From contig JBBASR010000001.1 of the NCBI GenBank assembly GCA_040399125.1, positions 106,050-170,049 of the forward strand: a stretch of DNA of 64,000 nucleotides. The letters are read 5' to 3'. Source of the stretch: Cyanobium sp. Its GTDB lineage: Bacteria > Cyanobacteriota > Cyanobacteriia > PCC-6307 > Cyanobiaceae. Under the pieces are notes generated by a model. That model was not told where the DNA came from. It was given only the letters and a program-made list of their open reading frames with translations, and made no database searches. Below are positions 18,656 to 28,727 of this stretch, piece after piece (the stretch's first letter is position 1; every line of letters starts with the position of its first letter). Made by a program: the position numbers and the translations under genes.

Positions 18656-20074
18656 ATGGTCAAGACCGCTCAGGACGTGCTCCGTCAGATCAAGGAGGAG
18701 GGAATCGAGCTGATCGATCTCAAGTTCGTGGATCTGCATGGCAAGTGGCAGCATCTCACCGTCTGTGAGGACCTGATCGACGAGGCCGCCTTCACCGACG
18801 GAGTGGCTTTCGACGGCTCCTCGATCCGGGGATGGAAGGCCATCAACGAATCGGACATGGCGATGGTGCCCGATCCGAACACGGCCTGGATCGACCCCTT
18901 CTACAGCCACAAGACCCTCAGCCTGATCTGCTCGATTCAGGAGCCCCGCAGCGGCCAGCCCTACGGACGCTGCCCCCGTGCCCTGGCCCAGAAGGCCCTC
19001 AACTATCTGGCCTCCACCGGACTGGCGGACACGGCCTTTTTCGGACCGGAGCCCGAATTCTTCATTTTCGACGACGTTCGCTTCAAGAGCAGCAACGGCG
19101 GCAGTTTCTACCAGGTGGATTCGGAGGAGGCTGCCTGGAACACCGATCGGATCGAAGAAGGCGGAAACCTCGGATACAAGGTGCTGCTCAAGGAGGGTTA
19201 CTTCCCGGTGGCGCCCAATGACACCCTCCAGGACATGCGCAGCGAGATGCTGTTGACGATGGGTTCCCTGGGGGTGCCGATCGAGAAGCAGCACCATGAG
19301 GTGGCCACTGCCCAGCACGAACTCGGCATCCGTTTCGCCGAACTGATCAACGCGGCCGACAACGTGATGATCTACAAGTACGTGGTGCGCAACATCGCCA
19401 GGAAATACGGCAAAACCGCCACATTCATGCCCAAACCCGTGTTTGCGGACAATGGCAGTGGCATGCACGTGCACCAAAGCCTCTGGAAGGACGGCCAGCC
19501 CCTGTTCTTCGGGGAAGGCACCTATGCCAACCTCTCCCAGACGGCACGCTGGTACATCGGCGGCCTGCTGAAGCACGCCCCCAGCTTCCTCGCCTTCACC
19601 AACCCCACCACCAACAGCTACAAGCGCCTGGTGCCGGGGTTTGAGGCGCCGGTCAACCTGGTCTATTCCCAGGGCAACCGTTCGGCCGCCGTGCGCATCC
19701 CGCTCACCGGCCCGAGCCCGAAAGCGAAGCGTCTGGAATTCCGCTCGGGCGATGCCCTCGCCAACCCCTACATCGCCTTCTCGGCGATGCTGATGGCAGG
19801 CCTTGATGGCATCCGCAACCAGATCGATCCGGGCGACGGCACCGACGTGGACCTGTTCGAACTCTCGGCCGAGGAGCTGTCCCGAATCTCCACGGTTCCC
19901 GCCTCCCTGAACGGCGCTCTCGAGGCCCTCAAGGCAGACAAGGACTACCTGCTGGCCGGAGGGGTGTTCACCGAAGACTTCATCAACAACTGGATTTCGA
20001 TGAAGTACGAGGAGGTGCAGCAACTGCGCCAGCGGCCCCACCCCCACGAGTTCAGCATGTATTACGACGCCTGA
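18656..20074 (+). CDS. glnA: Glutamine synthetase type I
   Basis: 472 aa. [35 protein letters not shown]...[11 protein letters not shown]...[16 protein letters not shown] verified at 18656. Confidence 0.95.
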   Translation: MVKTAQDVLRQIKEEGIELIDLKFVDLHGKWQHLTVCEDLIDEAAFTDGVAFDGSSIRGWKAINESDMAMVPDPNTAWIDPFYSHKTLSLICSIQEPRSGQPYGRCPRALAQKALNYLASTGLADTAFFGPEPEFFIFDDVRFKSSNGGSFYQVDSEEAAWNTDRIEEGGNLGYKVLLKEGYFPVAPNDTLQDMRSEMLLTMGSLGVPIEKQHHEVATAQHELGIRFAELINAADNVMIYKYVVRNIARKYGKTATFMPKPVFADNGSGMHVHQSLWKDGQPLFFGEGTYANLSQTARWYIGGLLKHAPSFLAFTNPTTNSYKRLVPGFEAPVNLVYSQGNRSAAVRIPLTGPSPKAKRLEFRSGDALANPYIAFSAMLMAGLDGIRNQIDPGDGTDVDLFELSAEELSRISTVPASLNGALEALKADKDYLLAGGVFTEDFINNWISMKYEEVQQLRQRPHPHEFSMYYDA

Positions 20075-20083
20075 GCGGAGTCC

Positions 20084-20386
20084 TCAGCGCCCCAGCCACC
20101 AGGCCAGGATCAGGCCCAGCCCTCCCCAACGGAGGGCTGTCCAGAAAAGCTCTGCCTCCCGATCGGCGGGGCGCAGGGCAGGTGGCAGGGGATCCAGAAG
20201 TCGCTGCGCCAGGGATTGCCTCTGGCGTTTGCGCCGCTGGGCAGCACCCTCCGGCCGGTCGTCTCCCTTCGGCAGTCTCGGTTGGCTGGCCAGGTTCACC
20301 AGGGCGGTGAGCTGGTGCAGCAGAGCCGGTCGCTGCGGCCTTGCTCGAGGGCTGCGCCAGGCACCGGAGCGGGAATGGTTGGCCAT
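20084..20386 (-). CDS. Hypothetical small protein with a C-terminal TM anchor (100 aa)
   Basis: ATG at 20386 inside track ORF 20084..20713. Arg-rich, and ends in ELFWTALRWGGLGLILAWWLGR. Codon position 3 is mostly G/C. No recognisable family. Confidence 0.3.
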   Translation of the reverse strand: MANHSRSGAWRSPRARPQRPALLHQLTALVNLASQPRLPKGDDRPEGAAQRRKRQRQSLAQRLLDPLPPALRPADREAELFWTALRWGGLGLILAWWLGR

Positions 20387-20413
20387 GGCGCAGCTCCACG
20401 CGATGGCGTCAGG

Positions 20414-20722
20414 ATGGAGCTCACCCCGTCCTTTCGTCCAGTGCCCCCCTCCTCCTGGCCCCAGGCAGCCCTGCCGCTGGCCCAGCAGCTGCACCAGCAG
20501 CTGACGATCGGAGACCGCGACTGGCACGCCCTCAAGACCCAGCGGCCCCGCCGCGGCGCCGAACAGCTGGCCGCTGCGCTTGTGCAGCTGCTGGCGGGCG
20601 ATGATCCCACCTCCCCGCAGCCGACAGGATCGCGGCAGCAGGCCATCGCCCTCACCGAGCACGCCCTGGCCTGGCTGAAGGCTGAACTCAGGGACCCAGG
20701 CTGCCCGAGTCACGGGAGCTGA
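20414..20722 (+). CDS. Hypothetical protein (102 aa)
   Basis: ATG at 20414 inside track ORF 20216..20722. MELTPSFRPVPPSSWPQAALPLAQQLHQQL...ALAWLKAELRDPGCPSHGS. Strong G/C at codon position 3. Family not recognised. Confidence 0.45.
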   Translation: MELTPSFRPVPPSSWPQAALPLAQQLHQQLTIGDRDWHALKTQRPRRGAEQLAAALVQLLAGDDPTSPQPTGSRQQAIALTEHALAWLKAELRDPGCPSHGS

Positions 20723-21215
20723 AACGGCTGCGCCGCACCGCTACCTGCAGACGATTGCCCCGTGCGCTCCAGCGCACATCGTCGAAGCAGTGGTGGATCA
20801 AAAACAGCCCCCTACCGGACTCGGCATCCATCTGGTCGGGAAGAAGGTGGAGCCGGGCCTGGGGAGGTACCCCAGGCCCCTCATCCTGCACCTGCCACAC
20901 CGCCCAGCGGGGCGAGAGAATGCGACGAATCCGCAGGCACTTGGCGGGATCACAACCGTTGCCATGGATCACGGCATTGACCAGGGCCTCCTGGAGGCCG
21001 AGCTGCAGATCCAGGTTGGGAGAAGCCAGCGGCTCCAGCAACAGCTCCACCAGAGGTGAAAGCTGGAGGGTGGAGGGGGTGATGAAGTCAGCCCAGCGAA
21101 GCCTCGACCCAGCCGCCGATCTGAACGTCTCCCTCAAGGAGATTCCCAGGGCTGAAGGGAGCGCCGTGGTGTTGGACCGGCTTGGCATGGGAGGAGTAAC
21201 AGGGTCCCAGCGCAC
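20688..21215 (-). CDS. Anti-sigma-factor-type serine kinase (RsbW/SpoIIAB-like HATPase_c protein)
   Basis: N-box GLQEALVNAVIHGN, G1 VQDEGPGVP, G2 ESGRGLFLI. The track start at 21215 is GTG, with an alternative ATG at 21188. Confidence 0.75.
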   Translation of the reverse strand: MRWDPVTPPMPSRSNTTALPSALGISLRETFRSAAGSRLRWADFITPSTLQLSPLVELLLEPLASPNLDLQLGLQEALVNAVIHGNGCDPAKCLRIRRILSPRWAVWQVQDEGPGVPPQARLHLLPDQMDAESGRGLFLIHHCFDDVRWSARGNRLQVAVRRSRFSSRDSGSLGP

Positions 21216-21242
21216 CGGACAACCCGGTCTCAGCTTGCGAAT

Positions 21243-21989
21243 CTAGCCCGGCTTCGGTGTGTCATCACGGACAATCCTCGCCCTGAGGCTGGGATGCTGA
21301 AGCAGGGCGTCCATCAGACGCACCCCACGCAGCTGATTCACCAGGGGCATGTGGCCTTCCGGTGCCTCCATCGACCAGGTGAAGGCCGACGGATAACGGG
21401 TCCAGACGCCATCGCGTTTCCAGCCGAGCTTGAGCCAGAGCTGCTCCCAGATGCCGCCGCAGGCAGCCAGCAGCCTTCCCTGTACCGAAAAGCCAAACCT
21501 CCCCTTGGAATAACAAAGCCAGAGACGATCCAGACTTTCCAGATCCACGCCACTGATCGCCGGCACTTCGCTGTAATACACATAGCCCCGTCGCTCCGCG
21601 GCAGGTCCGGCCAGCTGGCGCAGATGCTCGCTCGTGAGGCGGTCCGCCTGTTCGAACTCCTGCAGCATCAGATGGCGCTGCAGCGGGCCGTAATCGATGG
21701 CCCGTGCCGTGGGAGCCGCTAACCAACCCGAGGGGTAGCGGCCCAGGAAAGCCTCCCGCACCTGCGCATCGCCGGCTTCGAGCAGCACCTGCACAAGATG
21801 TCCGCCGGCCCAGTCGTCAGCGGTGGCGTCGAGCCTGTCGAGCTGATCGGGGATCAGGGGAAGCCATTCCGCCTGGCGCTGATCCAGCTGGCGAAGCAGG
21901 GTGCGGCGCTGGCGGGAAGGGGCCGCCAGAAACTTCTCAAGCAACTGATCGGCAGGGACGGTGCTGGAAACCGGAGGTCCGGAAAGCAT
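21243..21989 (-). CDS. GUN4-domain protein (Mg-chelatase / porphyrin-binding regulator family)
   Basis: C-terminal GUN4 core: [40 protein letters not shown]...[28 protein letters not shown]. Confidence 0.85.
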   Translation of the reverse strand: MLSGPPVSSTVPADQLLEKFLAAPSRQRRTLLRQLDQRQAEWLPLIPDQLDRLDATADDWAGGHLVQVLLEAGDAQVREAFLGRYPSGWLAAPTARAIDYGPLQRHLMLQEFEQADRLTSEHLRQLAGPAAERRGYVYYSEVPAISGVDLESLDRLWLCYSKGRFGFSVQGRLLAACGGIWEQLWLKLGWKRDGVWTRYPSAFTWSMEAPEGHMPLVNQLRGVRLMDALLQHPSLRARIVRDDTPKPG

Positions 21990-22083
21990 GGAAAAAGGCG
22001 ACCCGTGGGCTGTCCGCGAGGCCCACTATGTCAGGAGGATCGAGGGGATGGGCCAGAGGCTGCCTAGGATTGGACTTTCGACG

Positions 22084-22461
22084 ATGGCCATGGCTGCCGC
22101 CATTCAGTTCTTCCGGGGTGTGGATGAACCGGTAATACCCGATATCCGTCTCACCCGCTCCCGGGATGGCCGCACCGGCCAGGCCATGTTCGTGTTCGAG
22201 GAACCCGATGCCCTGGCCCCGGAAACCATGGGGGACATCACCGGGATGTTCATGGTGGATGAGGAGGGGGAACTGGTGACGCGCGAGGTGAAGGCCCGAT
22301 TCGTGAACGGCAAGGCCAGTGCCCTCGAATCCACCTACACCTGGAAGAGCACCGCTGATTTCGAGCGCTTCATGCGTTTTGCCCAGCGCTATGCCGACAG
22401 CCACGATCTGGGCTTCTCGGGCAAGGCCGAACAGGACAACGACGAAACCGCTGAAGATTGA
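22084..22461 (+). CDS. psb28: Photosystem II assembly protein Psb28
   Basis: [44 protein letters not shown]...[23 protein letters not shown] at 22084 inside track ORF 21961..22461. Confidence 0.9.
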   Translation: MAMAAAIQFFRGVDEPVIPDIRLTRSRDGRTGQAMFVFEEPDALAPETMGDITGMFMVDEEGELVTREVKARFVNGKASALESTYTWKSTADFERFMRFAQRYADSHDLGFSGKAEQDNDETAED

Positions 22462-23528
22462 AGTTCGGACAGTGGCTGGGACTGCTGGGTCTGGTCGCCG
22501 GACTCCTGGTTCTGTGGAGCCTGAGGGAAGTGGTGGTGCTGATCTTCGCTGCCGTCGTGCTGGCGATGGCGCTCTGCACCCTCGTGGGGATCGTGCGCCG
22601 GCAACTTGGCTGCAGCAGGGGGCTGGCCATGGCCCTGAGCCTGCTCGGGCTGCTTCTGGTGGGCGCCGTGGCCGCCACCGCGATCATCCCCCCCTTCCTG
22701 GCCCAGTTCCATGAACTGCTGCTGAAACTGCCGCACGCCGCCGAGACGCTTCTGAACCTTCTCCAGCAGGCCATCGAAGCCGGATCCCGCATGCTCTACG
22801 GCCAGCGGGATGGGGGTCTCGACTGGTTGAGAGGGATGTTTTCGACCCCTGAAAATCCAGGTGCACTGGCGTCCGGTCTTGGTGGTGGAGCCGTGAAGCT
22901 GCTGGGGCTGGCCGGCAACCTGGGAAGCGGCCTGCTGCAGACCCTGTTCGTGCTGGCGGTGGCCCTGATGGTGGCCGCCCAACCAAATGCCTACCGGGAA
23001 GTACTGCTGCTGCTGGTGCCTTCGTTCTATCGCCGCAGGGCCCGGCAGGTGCTGCTCCAGTGCGGCGAGGCCCTGAGCGCCTGGATGGTGGGCGTGCTGA
23101 TCAGCTCCGTGTGCGTGGCGTTACTGGCGGCCGTGGGGCTGTCGCTGCTGGGCGTGAAGCTGGTGGCGGCCAACGCCGTGCTGGCGGGGCTGCTGAATGT
23201 GATCCCGAATGTGGGCCCCACGCTGAGCACGATCTTCCCGATGTCTGTGGCGCTGCTGGATACACCCTGGAAGGCATTAGCGGTGCTGGCCATGTACGTG
23301 GTTGTGCAAAATCTTGAGAGCTATGTGATCACTCCATCGGTGATGCATCACCAGCTGAAATTGCTCCCAGGCCTTACCCTCACAGCACAATTGCTGTTCA
23401 CTGTTCTTTTCGGTCCCCTGGGTCTGCTGCTGGCCTTACCGCTGGCCGTCTGCCTCCAGGTGATTCTGCGGGAAGTGGTGATCCGCGACATCCTCGACCC
23501 CTGGAAACGCCAGCGGGTGCCCTTCTGA
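22458..23528 (+). CDS. AI-2E family transporter (PerM/UPF0118)
   Basis: 356 aa and about 8 TM helices, with the conserved [15 protein letters not shown] and [12 protein letters not shown] blocks. TTG start at 22458 overlaps the psb28 stop. Confidence 0.8.
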   Translation: MKFGQWLGLLGLVAGLLVLWSLREVVVLIFAAVVLAMALCTLVGIVRRQLGCSRGLAMALSLLGLLLVGAVAATAIIPPFLAQFHELLLKLPHAAETLLNLLQQAIEAGSRMLYGQRDGGLDWLRGMFSTPENPGALASGLGGGAVKLLGLAGNLGSGLLQTLFVLAVALMVAAQPNAYREVLLLLVPSFYRRRARQVLLQCGEALSAWMVGVLISSVCVALLAAVGLSLLGVKLVAANAVLAGLLNVIPNVGPTLSTIFPMSVALLDTPWKALAVLAMYVVVQNLESYVITPSVMHHQLKLLPGLTLTAQLLFTVLFGPLGLLLALPLAVCLQVILREVVIRDILDPWKRQRVPF

Positions 23529-23538
23529 ACCCTCTTCC

Positions 23539-24546
23539 ATGCAAGCCCGACCCCTGCTTGGCGCCCTTGCTCTCGTGGTGCTGGGCTTGCTGGCCTGGGA
23601 GCTTCGCTGGGTGCTCCTGGTGCTTTTCGGGGCCGTGGTGCTCGCGGTAGCCCTTGATGTGCCGATCACCTTCCTGCGGCGCCGTCTGCGGCTGAATCGA
23701 CCCACCGCCCTGATGCTTGTGCTGGCGGTGCTGCTGGTTGCCGGCACCTGGCTGGGCGGCCTGCTGCTGCCGGAACTGATGGAACAGATCCAGCAGTTCA
23801 CCCAGCTGGTGCCCCGTCTTACCCAGAGGCTGGCCCAGCTGATCTCCAGCCTGCCGGGTCTCTCCAACTGGGAGAAGCAGTTGATGGAGGGGTTTTCGCT
23901 GGAAAGGCTCCAACCCCTGGGCGGCCAGCTGCTGGGTATGGCGGGCGGCGCCGCCAACAGCACCGTGCAGGTTCTGTTGATGGCACTGCTGGCGGTGCTG
24001 TTCGCCCTCGATCCCCGCAGTCACCAGGGGCTTGTGCTGGCCGCCACGCCAAGCTTCTACCGACCACGGATGCAGACCCTTCTGCAGGAGTGCCGGGAAG
24101 CCCTCGGTGGCTGGCTGGCTGGCATGACCCTCTCGGCCGTGGTGGTGTTTCTCACCACCTGGGCTGGACTGAGCCTGCTGAAGGTGCCCCTGGCACTGCT
24201 AAGTGCCCTGGTGTGCGGCCTGCTGACCTTCGTGCCCACCATTGGCCCGACGGCGGCCACTGTGTTGCCAGTGGCTGTGGCCCTGCTGGTTTCACCAGCC
24301 AAGATGGCGCAGGTACTGGTGATGCGCCTGATCGTTCAGAACGTTGAAGCGTTCCTGATCACCCCGCTGCTGCTCAGCCGCACCGTCAATCTGCTGCCCA
24401 CCGTGGCGCTGATCTCCCAGTTGTGCCTCGGCGCCCTGCTTGGCCTGCCCGGGCTACTGCTGGCCCTTCCCCTTGTTGTGGTGTTGCAGGTGCTGGGGGA
24501 GGAGGTCCTGGTCAAGGATGTGATGGATACCTGGCAGAAGCCCTGA
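23539..24546 (+). CDS. AI-2E family transporter paralog
   Basis: 335 aa with the same architecture (TFVPTIGPTAATVLP, IVQNVEAFLITP). It starts 10 nt after the upstream paralog. Confidence 0.8.
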   Translation: MQARPLLGALALVVLGLLAWELRWVLLVLFGAVVLAVALDVPITFLRRRLRLNRPTALMLVLAVLLVAGTWLGGLLLPELMEQIQQFTQLVPRLTQRLAQLISSLPGLSNWEKQLMEGFSLERLQPLGGQLLGMAGGAANSTVQVLLMALLAVLFALDPRSHQGLVLAATPSFYRPRMQTLLQECREALGGWLAGMTLSAVVVFLTTWAGLSLLKVPLALLSALVCGLLTFVPTIGPTAATVLPVAVALLVSPAKMAQVLVMRLIVQNVEAFLITPLLLSRTVNLLPTVALISQLCLGALLGLPGLLLALPLVVVLQVLGEEVLVKDVMDTWQKP

Positions 24547-24582
24547 TCCTTGAGGCCCAGCAGGGGTGCCTTCAGAGGTCCT

Positions 24583-24777
24583 TCAGCCCCTGCTGCGGTA
24601 ATGCCGCCATAGCGAGGGCATCGCCAGCAGAACGGTGATCGCCAGAAAATGGGAGCGAATTGCCGTGAACAGGGTGGTGAACGTGAAATGATCGGCCAGC
24701 AACTGGAGCTCCACTCTCAGGTCGGAGAGGGCAAGCAGCAGCAACAGCAGCGGCAGCAGGGGAACGCTTCGGTTCAT
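24583..24777 (-). CDS. Small two-TM hydrophobic protein (64 aa), unknown
   Basis: MNRSVPLLPLLLLLLALSDL...FTTLFTAIRSHFLAITVLLAMPSLW. The ATG overlaps the secF stop (ATGA at 24774..24777). About 80 percent G/C at codon position 3. Confidence 0.5.
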   Translation of the reverse strand: MNRSVPLLPLLLLLLALSDLRVELQLLADHFTFTTLFTAIRSHFLAITVLLAMPSLWRHYRSRG

Positions 24778-25733
24778 CGACGACGGGAGAGAACGGGCAA
24801 CAGGGTGGGAGCCACTCCGATGCTCGACCAGCTTCCGACCGCAATACCGATCGCCAGAGCCACAGCAAACCAGAACAGGCTGCTGCCCCCAAAGAAAATC
24901 AGCCCCAGCAGCGGCAACAAGGTGGTGAGAGAGGTGTAAAGGGAGCGGGTGAGCGTGGCATCCACGGCTACGTCCACCTGGTCGGAGAGGGGCAGGTCTG
25001 CAAGAGCCTTTTTCTGTTCGCGGATGCGGTCGTACACCACAACCGTGTCGGTCACCGAGTAGCCGGCCACGGTGATCAGGGCGACGGCAAACAACGAATC
25101 CACCTCAATCCCCCGCAGCAGACCCAGCCAGGCGAACACGCCAGAGGTGATCAGCACATCGTGGGCCAGGCAAAGCAGGGCCAGGAAGGCGAAAACACCG
25201 CTGTAGCTGAAGCTGATGTAGGCAGCGATGGCGGCAAAACTCACCAGCAGAGAGATGATGCTGCCCCGCAGCAGCTGATTGCCGAGGGTGGGACCGATCG
25301 TGTCGACGGCCGTGGCTGCGGGCTTGAAGGGCCCCACACTGGAGCCGAGCTGCTCGATCAGGCGGGCACTCTGATCGGCGCTGAGGGTGGGGAGACGCAG
25401 AAGCAGGGATTTGCCCTGGTCGAGCACCTGCACCGAAGCGCTGCCGAGATTGGGGGCCCGCTCGCCGGCCTCGGTGGGAAGGGTCAGCGAACCGATCTGC
25501 TTCTGGAGATCTGGCGCTGTGAGCGGGCCGCAGGCAGCAGCGCAGTCCCGCTGCAGCTGAATCTGGGTACCACCGGTGAAATCAAGCCCGGGCTTGAGCG
25601 GCGAATGGATCGAAGGGTTGAGCCAGCAGAGGAGCAGACCAAGCAGGCTCAACGCACAGGCCAGGGCGGAACCGATCCAGGCGATGCGCCGGTGACGATT
25701 GATGCGGAACCGGGGGGAAGGGGCTGGGGTCAC
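24774..25733 (-). CDS. secF: Protein translocase subunit SecF
   Basis: 319 aa, SecD/SecF family C-terminal 6-TM domain, immediately downstream of secD. The start at 25733 is GTG. Confidence 0.9.
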   Translation of the reverse strand: MTPAPSPRFRINRHRRIAWIGSALACALSLLGLLLCWLNPSIHSPLKPGLDFTGGTQIQLQRDCAAACGPLTAPDLQKQIGSLTLPTEAGERAPNLGSASVQVLDQGKSLLLRLPTLSADQSARLIEQLGSSVGPFKPAATAVDTIGPTLGNQLLRGSIISLLVSFAAIAAYISFSYSGVFAFLALLCLAHDVLITSGVFAWLGLLRGIEVDSLFAVALITVAGYSVTDTVVVYDRIREQKKALADLPLSDQVDVAVDATLTRSLYTSLTTLLPLLGLIFFGGSSLFWFAVALAIGIAVGSWSSIGVAPTLLPVLSRRR

Positions 25734-25739
25734 GGGGGA

Positions 25740-27251
25740 TCAGGAAGCCGAAGCAGGCAACTGGCGGGCGGGAAGGAAGTACTGGGTGCGGCGCAGGGCC
25801 GGATAGCTCATCAGCAGACGCAGCAGCGTGCGTGTGCAGGTGAGGGCGGTGAACAGGCTCAACAGCAGGCCGATCGCCAGGGTCACAGCAAAGCCCTTGA
25901 CCAGGCCGGTTCCGAGCAGGAACAAGGCCGCGCAGCTGATCAGGCCGGTGACGTGACCGTCAAAGATCGAGGAGAAGGCCTGGGAAAAGCCCGTATCGAT
26001 CGAGCGAATCAGGGTGTTGCCGCCGCGGAGTTCCTCCTTGATCCGCTCGAAGATCAGCACGTTGGCATCCACCGCCATGCCGATCGAAAGGATGAAACCA
26101 GCGATCCCCGGCAGCGAGAGGGTGACGGGAATCAGGGCATAGATCGCCAGGTTGAACAGGGAATACAGCGCCAGGGCCAGGACAGCAACGATGCCCGGCA
26201 GGCGGTACACCAGCACCATGAACAAGGCCACCAGGGCCAGGCCGGAAAGGGCGGCCACAAGGCTGCGCTGAATGTTCTCGGCGCCCAGCGAGGGGCCGAC
26301 GGTCCGCTGCTCCACGATCTTCACCGGAAGCGGCAGGGATCCCCCCCGCAGCTGCACCTCCAGATCACGGGCTTCCTCGGGACTGAAATTGCCGCTGATG
26401 CTGGCGGATCCGCCCGTGATGCCAGCGGACTTGAATTCCGGGCCCACAGTGGCTTCGCTGATCGAGCGGCCGTCGAGGACGATCCCCAGCACCCGGCCCG
26501 TGCCGGCCAGGCCCTGGGTGAGGGAGGCGAACTTGTCGCCTCCCTCACGGCTGAAGCCGAGGGTCACATCCCAGCTGTTGCCGGTCTGGCGTTGCTGGCG
26601 GCCGGCACTGGTGAGCTCCTTGCCGGTGAGCTGGGTGGGGCCATAGAGCGCCACCACCCTGCGGTTGACCTCGGTCTGCAGCGCTTCCATCTGTTCGGTT
26701 TCACTGCTGCCGGTCGGCAGCTGCAGCCCAAGGCTCTGGAAGGCCTTGGTGCGCTCCGCCTCGGGGAATTCGGGTTTCGGAGTGGGCGGTTTGTTGATGG
26801 CGCTGCCGGAAGTCTGGGCAGCGGTGGCGGGGCTCCGGGAGGCGAGCACGCTTTCCAATTGGCGTTTGAGCTGGAGAAGACCCTCCATCTCCTTCTCACT
26901 GCCAGGCTTCTGGGCGCGGAACTCGAGCAGGGCGGTGGTGCCGAGCACCTTGGCGGCGCGGGTGGGGTCCTGCTCCCCAGGCAGCTGGAGCACCAGCTGG
27001 TCGTCGCCCACGGTCTGCAGGGTGGACTCAGCCACGCCGAGGCCGTTGATCCGGCGCTCCAGCACCTCCTTCACCGCCTCGAGCTGCTCCTTCTCCACTT
27101 TGCGGATCTCACCAGCGGGCATCACTTGGAGGGTGAGCTGGCTGCCACCGCGCAGGTCGAGACCGAGCTGCAGGCCGAAGGTGGCCAGCAGGGCGGCGGC
27201 GGCGATCGCGAGGGCCAGGATCAGGGCGAACCACCCTTGTTGACGTGCCAT
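25740..27251 (-). CDS. secD: Protein translocase subunit SecD
   Basis: 503 aa with an N-terminal TM, a large periplasmic domain and a C-terminal SecD/F membrane domain (GIAGFILSIGMAVDANVLIFERIKEELR). Confidence 0.92.
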   Translation of the reverse strand: MARQQGWFALILALAIAAAALLATFGLQLGLDLRGGSQLTLQVMPAGEIRKVEKEQLEAVKEVLERRINGLGVAESTLQTVGDDQLVLQLPGEQDPTRAAKVLGTTALLEFRAQKPGSEKEMEGLLQLKRQLESVLASRSPATAAQTSGSAINKPPTPKPEFPEAERTKAFQSLGLQLPTGSSETEQMEALQTEVNRRVVALYGPTQLTGKELTSAGRQQRQTGNSWDVTLGFSREGGDKFASLTQGLAGTGRVLGIVLDGRSISEATVGPEFKSAGITGGSASISGNFSPEEARDLEVQLRGGSLPLPVKIVEQRTVGPSLGAENIQRSLVAALSGLALVALFMVLVYRLPGIVAVLALALYSLFNLAIYALIPVTLSLPGIAGFILSIGMAVDANVLIFERIKEELRGGNTLIRSIDTGFSQAFSSIFDGHVTGLISCAALFLLGTGLVKGFAVTLAIGLLLSLFTALTCTRTLLRLLMSYPALRRTQYFLPARQLPASAS

Positions 27252-27252
27252 C

Positions 27253-28236
27253 TCAGATCAGACCGGCCTTGAGTTGCTGGGCAGCCGTCACGATCTGGTG
27301 AGGCTGAATGATCGTGAGGTTCTCCAGGGTGCCGTTGTAAGGAGTGGGAATGTCCTGGGAGGAGAGACGCACCGGGCGAGCATCGAGCTCGTCGAAACAC
27401 TCCTCGGTGATCAGGGCGATCAGCTCGGCCCCGATGCCACCGGTCTTCATGCACTCCTCCACCACCAAAACCTTGTGGGTCTTGCGGATCGAGCGGGTGA
27501 TGGTCTCCATGTCGAAGGGCTTGAGGCTGATCAGGTCGATCAGCTCCACATCCACTCCCTCCTTCTCCAGCTGCTGCACAGCCTTGAGACAGTGATGACG
27601 CATGCGGGAATAGGTAAGGATCGTGACATCCTTGCCTTCCCGCACCACCTCCGCCTGATCAAGGGCGCAGATGTAATCACCCCGGGGAATCTCCTCGGAG
27701 AGGTTGTAAAGGAGAACGTGCTCGAAGAAGAGAACGGGATTGTTGTCGCGGATGGCCGCTTTCATCAGGCCCTTCGCATTGGTGGGGGTGCTCACGGCAA
27801 CGATCTTGATGCCTGGAACGGCGTGGAAGTAGGCCTCCAACCTCTGACTATGTTCGGCACCGAGCTGCCGGCCCACGCCACCCGGGCCGCGGACGACGGT
27901 AGGAATGGTGTAGTTGCCACCGCTGGTGTAGCGGAGCATACCCATGTTGTTGGAGATCTGGTTGAAGGCCAACAACAGGAATCCCATGTTCATGCCTTCC
28001 ACGATCGGCCGCAGGCCGGTCATGGCGGCACCCACTGCCATGCCGGTGAAGCTGTTCTCGGCAATGGGAGTGTCCAGCACCCTGAGTTCGCCGTATTTCT
28101 CGTAGAGATCCTTGGTCACCTTGTAGGAGCCGCCGTAGTGGCCCACGTCCTCCCCCATCACACAGACATGGGGGTCACGGGCCATCTCTTCATCGATGGC
28201 GTCACGCAGGGCGTTGAACAGAAGGGTTTCGGCCAC
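27253..28236 (-). CDS. pdhB: Pyruvate dehydrogenase E1 component beta subunit
   Basis: [41 protein letters not shown]... The track start at 28266 is TTG. An in-frame GTG at 28236 gives the conserved (M)[10 protein letters not shown]-terminus and a length of about 327 aa. Confidence 0.92.
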   Translation of the reverse strand: MAETLLFNALRDAIDEEMARDPHVCVMGEDVGHYGGSYKVTKDLYEKYGELRVLDTPIAENSFTGMAVGAAMTGLRPIVEGMNMGFLLLAFNQISNNMGMLRYTSGGNYTIPTVVRGPGGVGRQLGAEHSQRLEAYFHAVPGIKIVAVSTPTNAKGLMKAAIRDNNPVLFFEHVLLYNLSEEIPRGDYICALDQAEVVREGKDVTILTYSRMRHHCLKAVQQLEKEGVDVELIDLISLKPFDMETITRSIRKTHKVLVVEECMKTGGIGAELIALITEECFDELDARPVRLSSQDIPTPYNGTLENLTIIQPHQIVTAAQQLKAGLI

Positions 28237-28272
28237 GAATCCGGCATCGGCCACAGGTGCGGCCAACCTATC

Positions 28273-28368
28273 TCAACCCCCGGCGGCGAAGGTGCTCAGC
28301 AGCAGCACCGAGAGCAGCATGCCCGGAAGCAGCAGCGTCACCAGGAGGCCGAGGTCGTGGGGGGTCAT
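28273..28368 (-). CDS. Candidate 31-aa hydrophobic micro-protein
   Basis: Verified codon by codon: ATG 28368 ... TGA 28275..28273. Sequence: MTPHDLGLLVTLLLPGMLLSVLLLSTFAAGG. 29 of 31 codons end in G/C. It fills the gap between the DUF3082 gene (stop 28392) and pdhB. Confidence 0.5.
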   Translation of the reverse strand: MTPHDLGLLVTLLLPGMLLSVLLLSTFAAGG

Positions 28369-28391
28369 GGCCGAAGACAGCTGCAGCCAGG

Positions 28392-28727
28392 CTAGGAAGC
28401 CGATTCGGCCCGCGCAGGGATCAGACTGCGCACGAACACCATCAACAGCCCCAGCCCGATGAAGGCGAAGCTGAAGGTGGCCAGGAAGCACATTCCCATC
28501 ACCAGGGTCTTGACCGCCGTGGCGATGCTCTGGGCCACCTGGGCCTCGTAGTGGGGCGGATGGTCCACGTAATAGGCCACCACACGCTTGCTGAGGCCCA
28601 GGCAGAGCCAGGCCAACAGTCCGCTGGTGAGGGCGCCGGAGAGAAAGCTGAGGGGACCCTTGCGCGGCCCCTCCGGGGAGGGGACAGGGGTGGTCGGGGT
28701 GCTGGGCAGCGGACTGAGGTCGCTCAT
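28392..28727 (-). CDS. DUF3082-family membrane protein
   Basis: [10 protein letters not shown]...[30 protein letters not shown]... with two TM helices. ATG 28727 overlaps the ispE stop by 4 nt. It lies inside track ORF 28392..29321. Confidence 0.75.
   Translation of the reverse strand: MSDLSPLPSTPTTPVPSPEGPRKGPLSFLSGALTSGLLAWLCLGLSKRVVAYYVDHPPHYEAQVAQSIATAVKTLVMGMCFLATFSFAFIGLGLLMVFVRSLIPARAESAS

Noticed and set aside
18650-20047. 465-aa minus-strand ORF
   Set aside because: It is antisense to glnA, which is unmistakable on the plus strand.
25161-27272. 703-aa plus-strand ORF
   Set aside because: It is antisense to secD/secF, which have unambiguous family sequence. The product is an Ala/Gly/Arg/Gln/His-rich low-complexity string typical of stop-free antisense frames in high-GC DNA.
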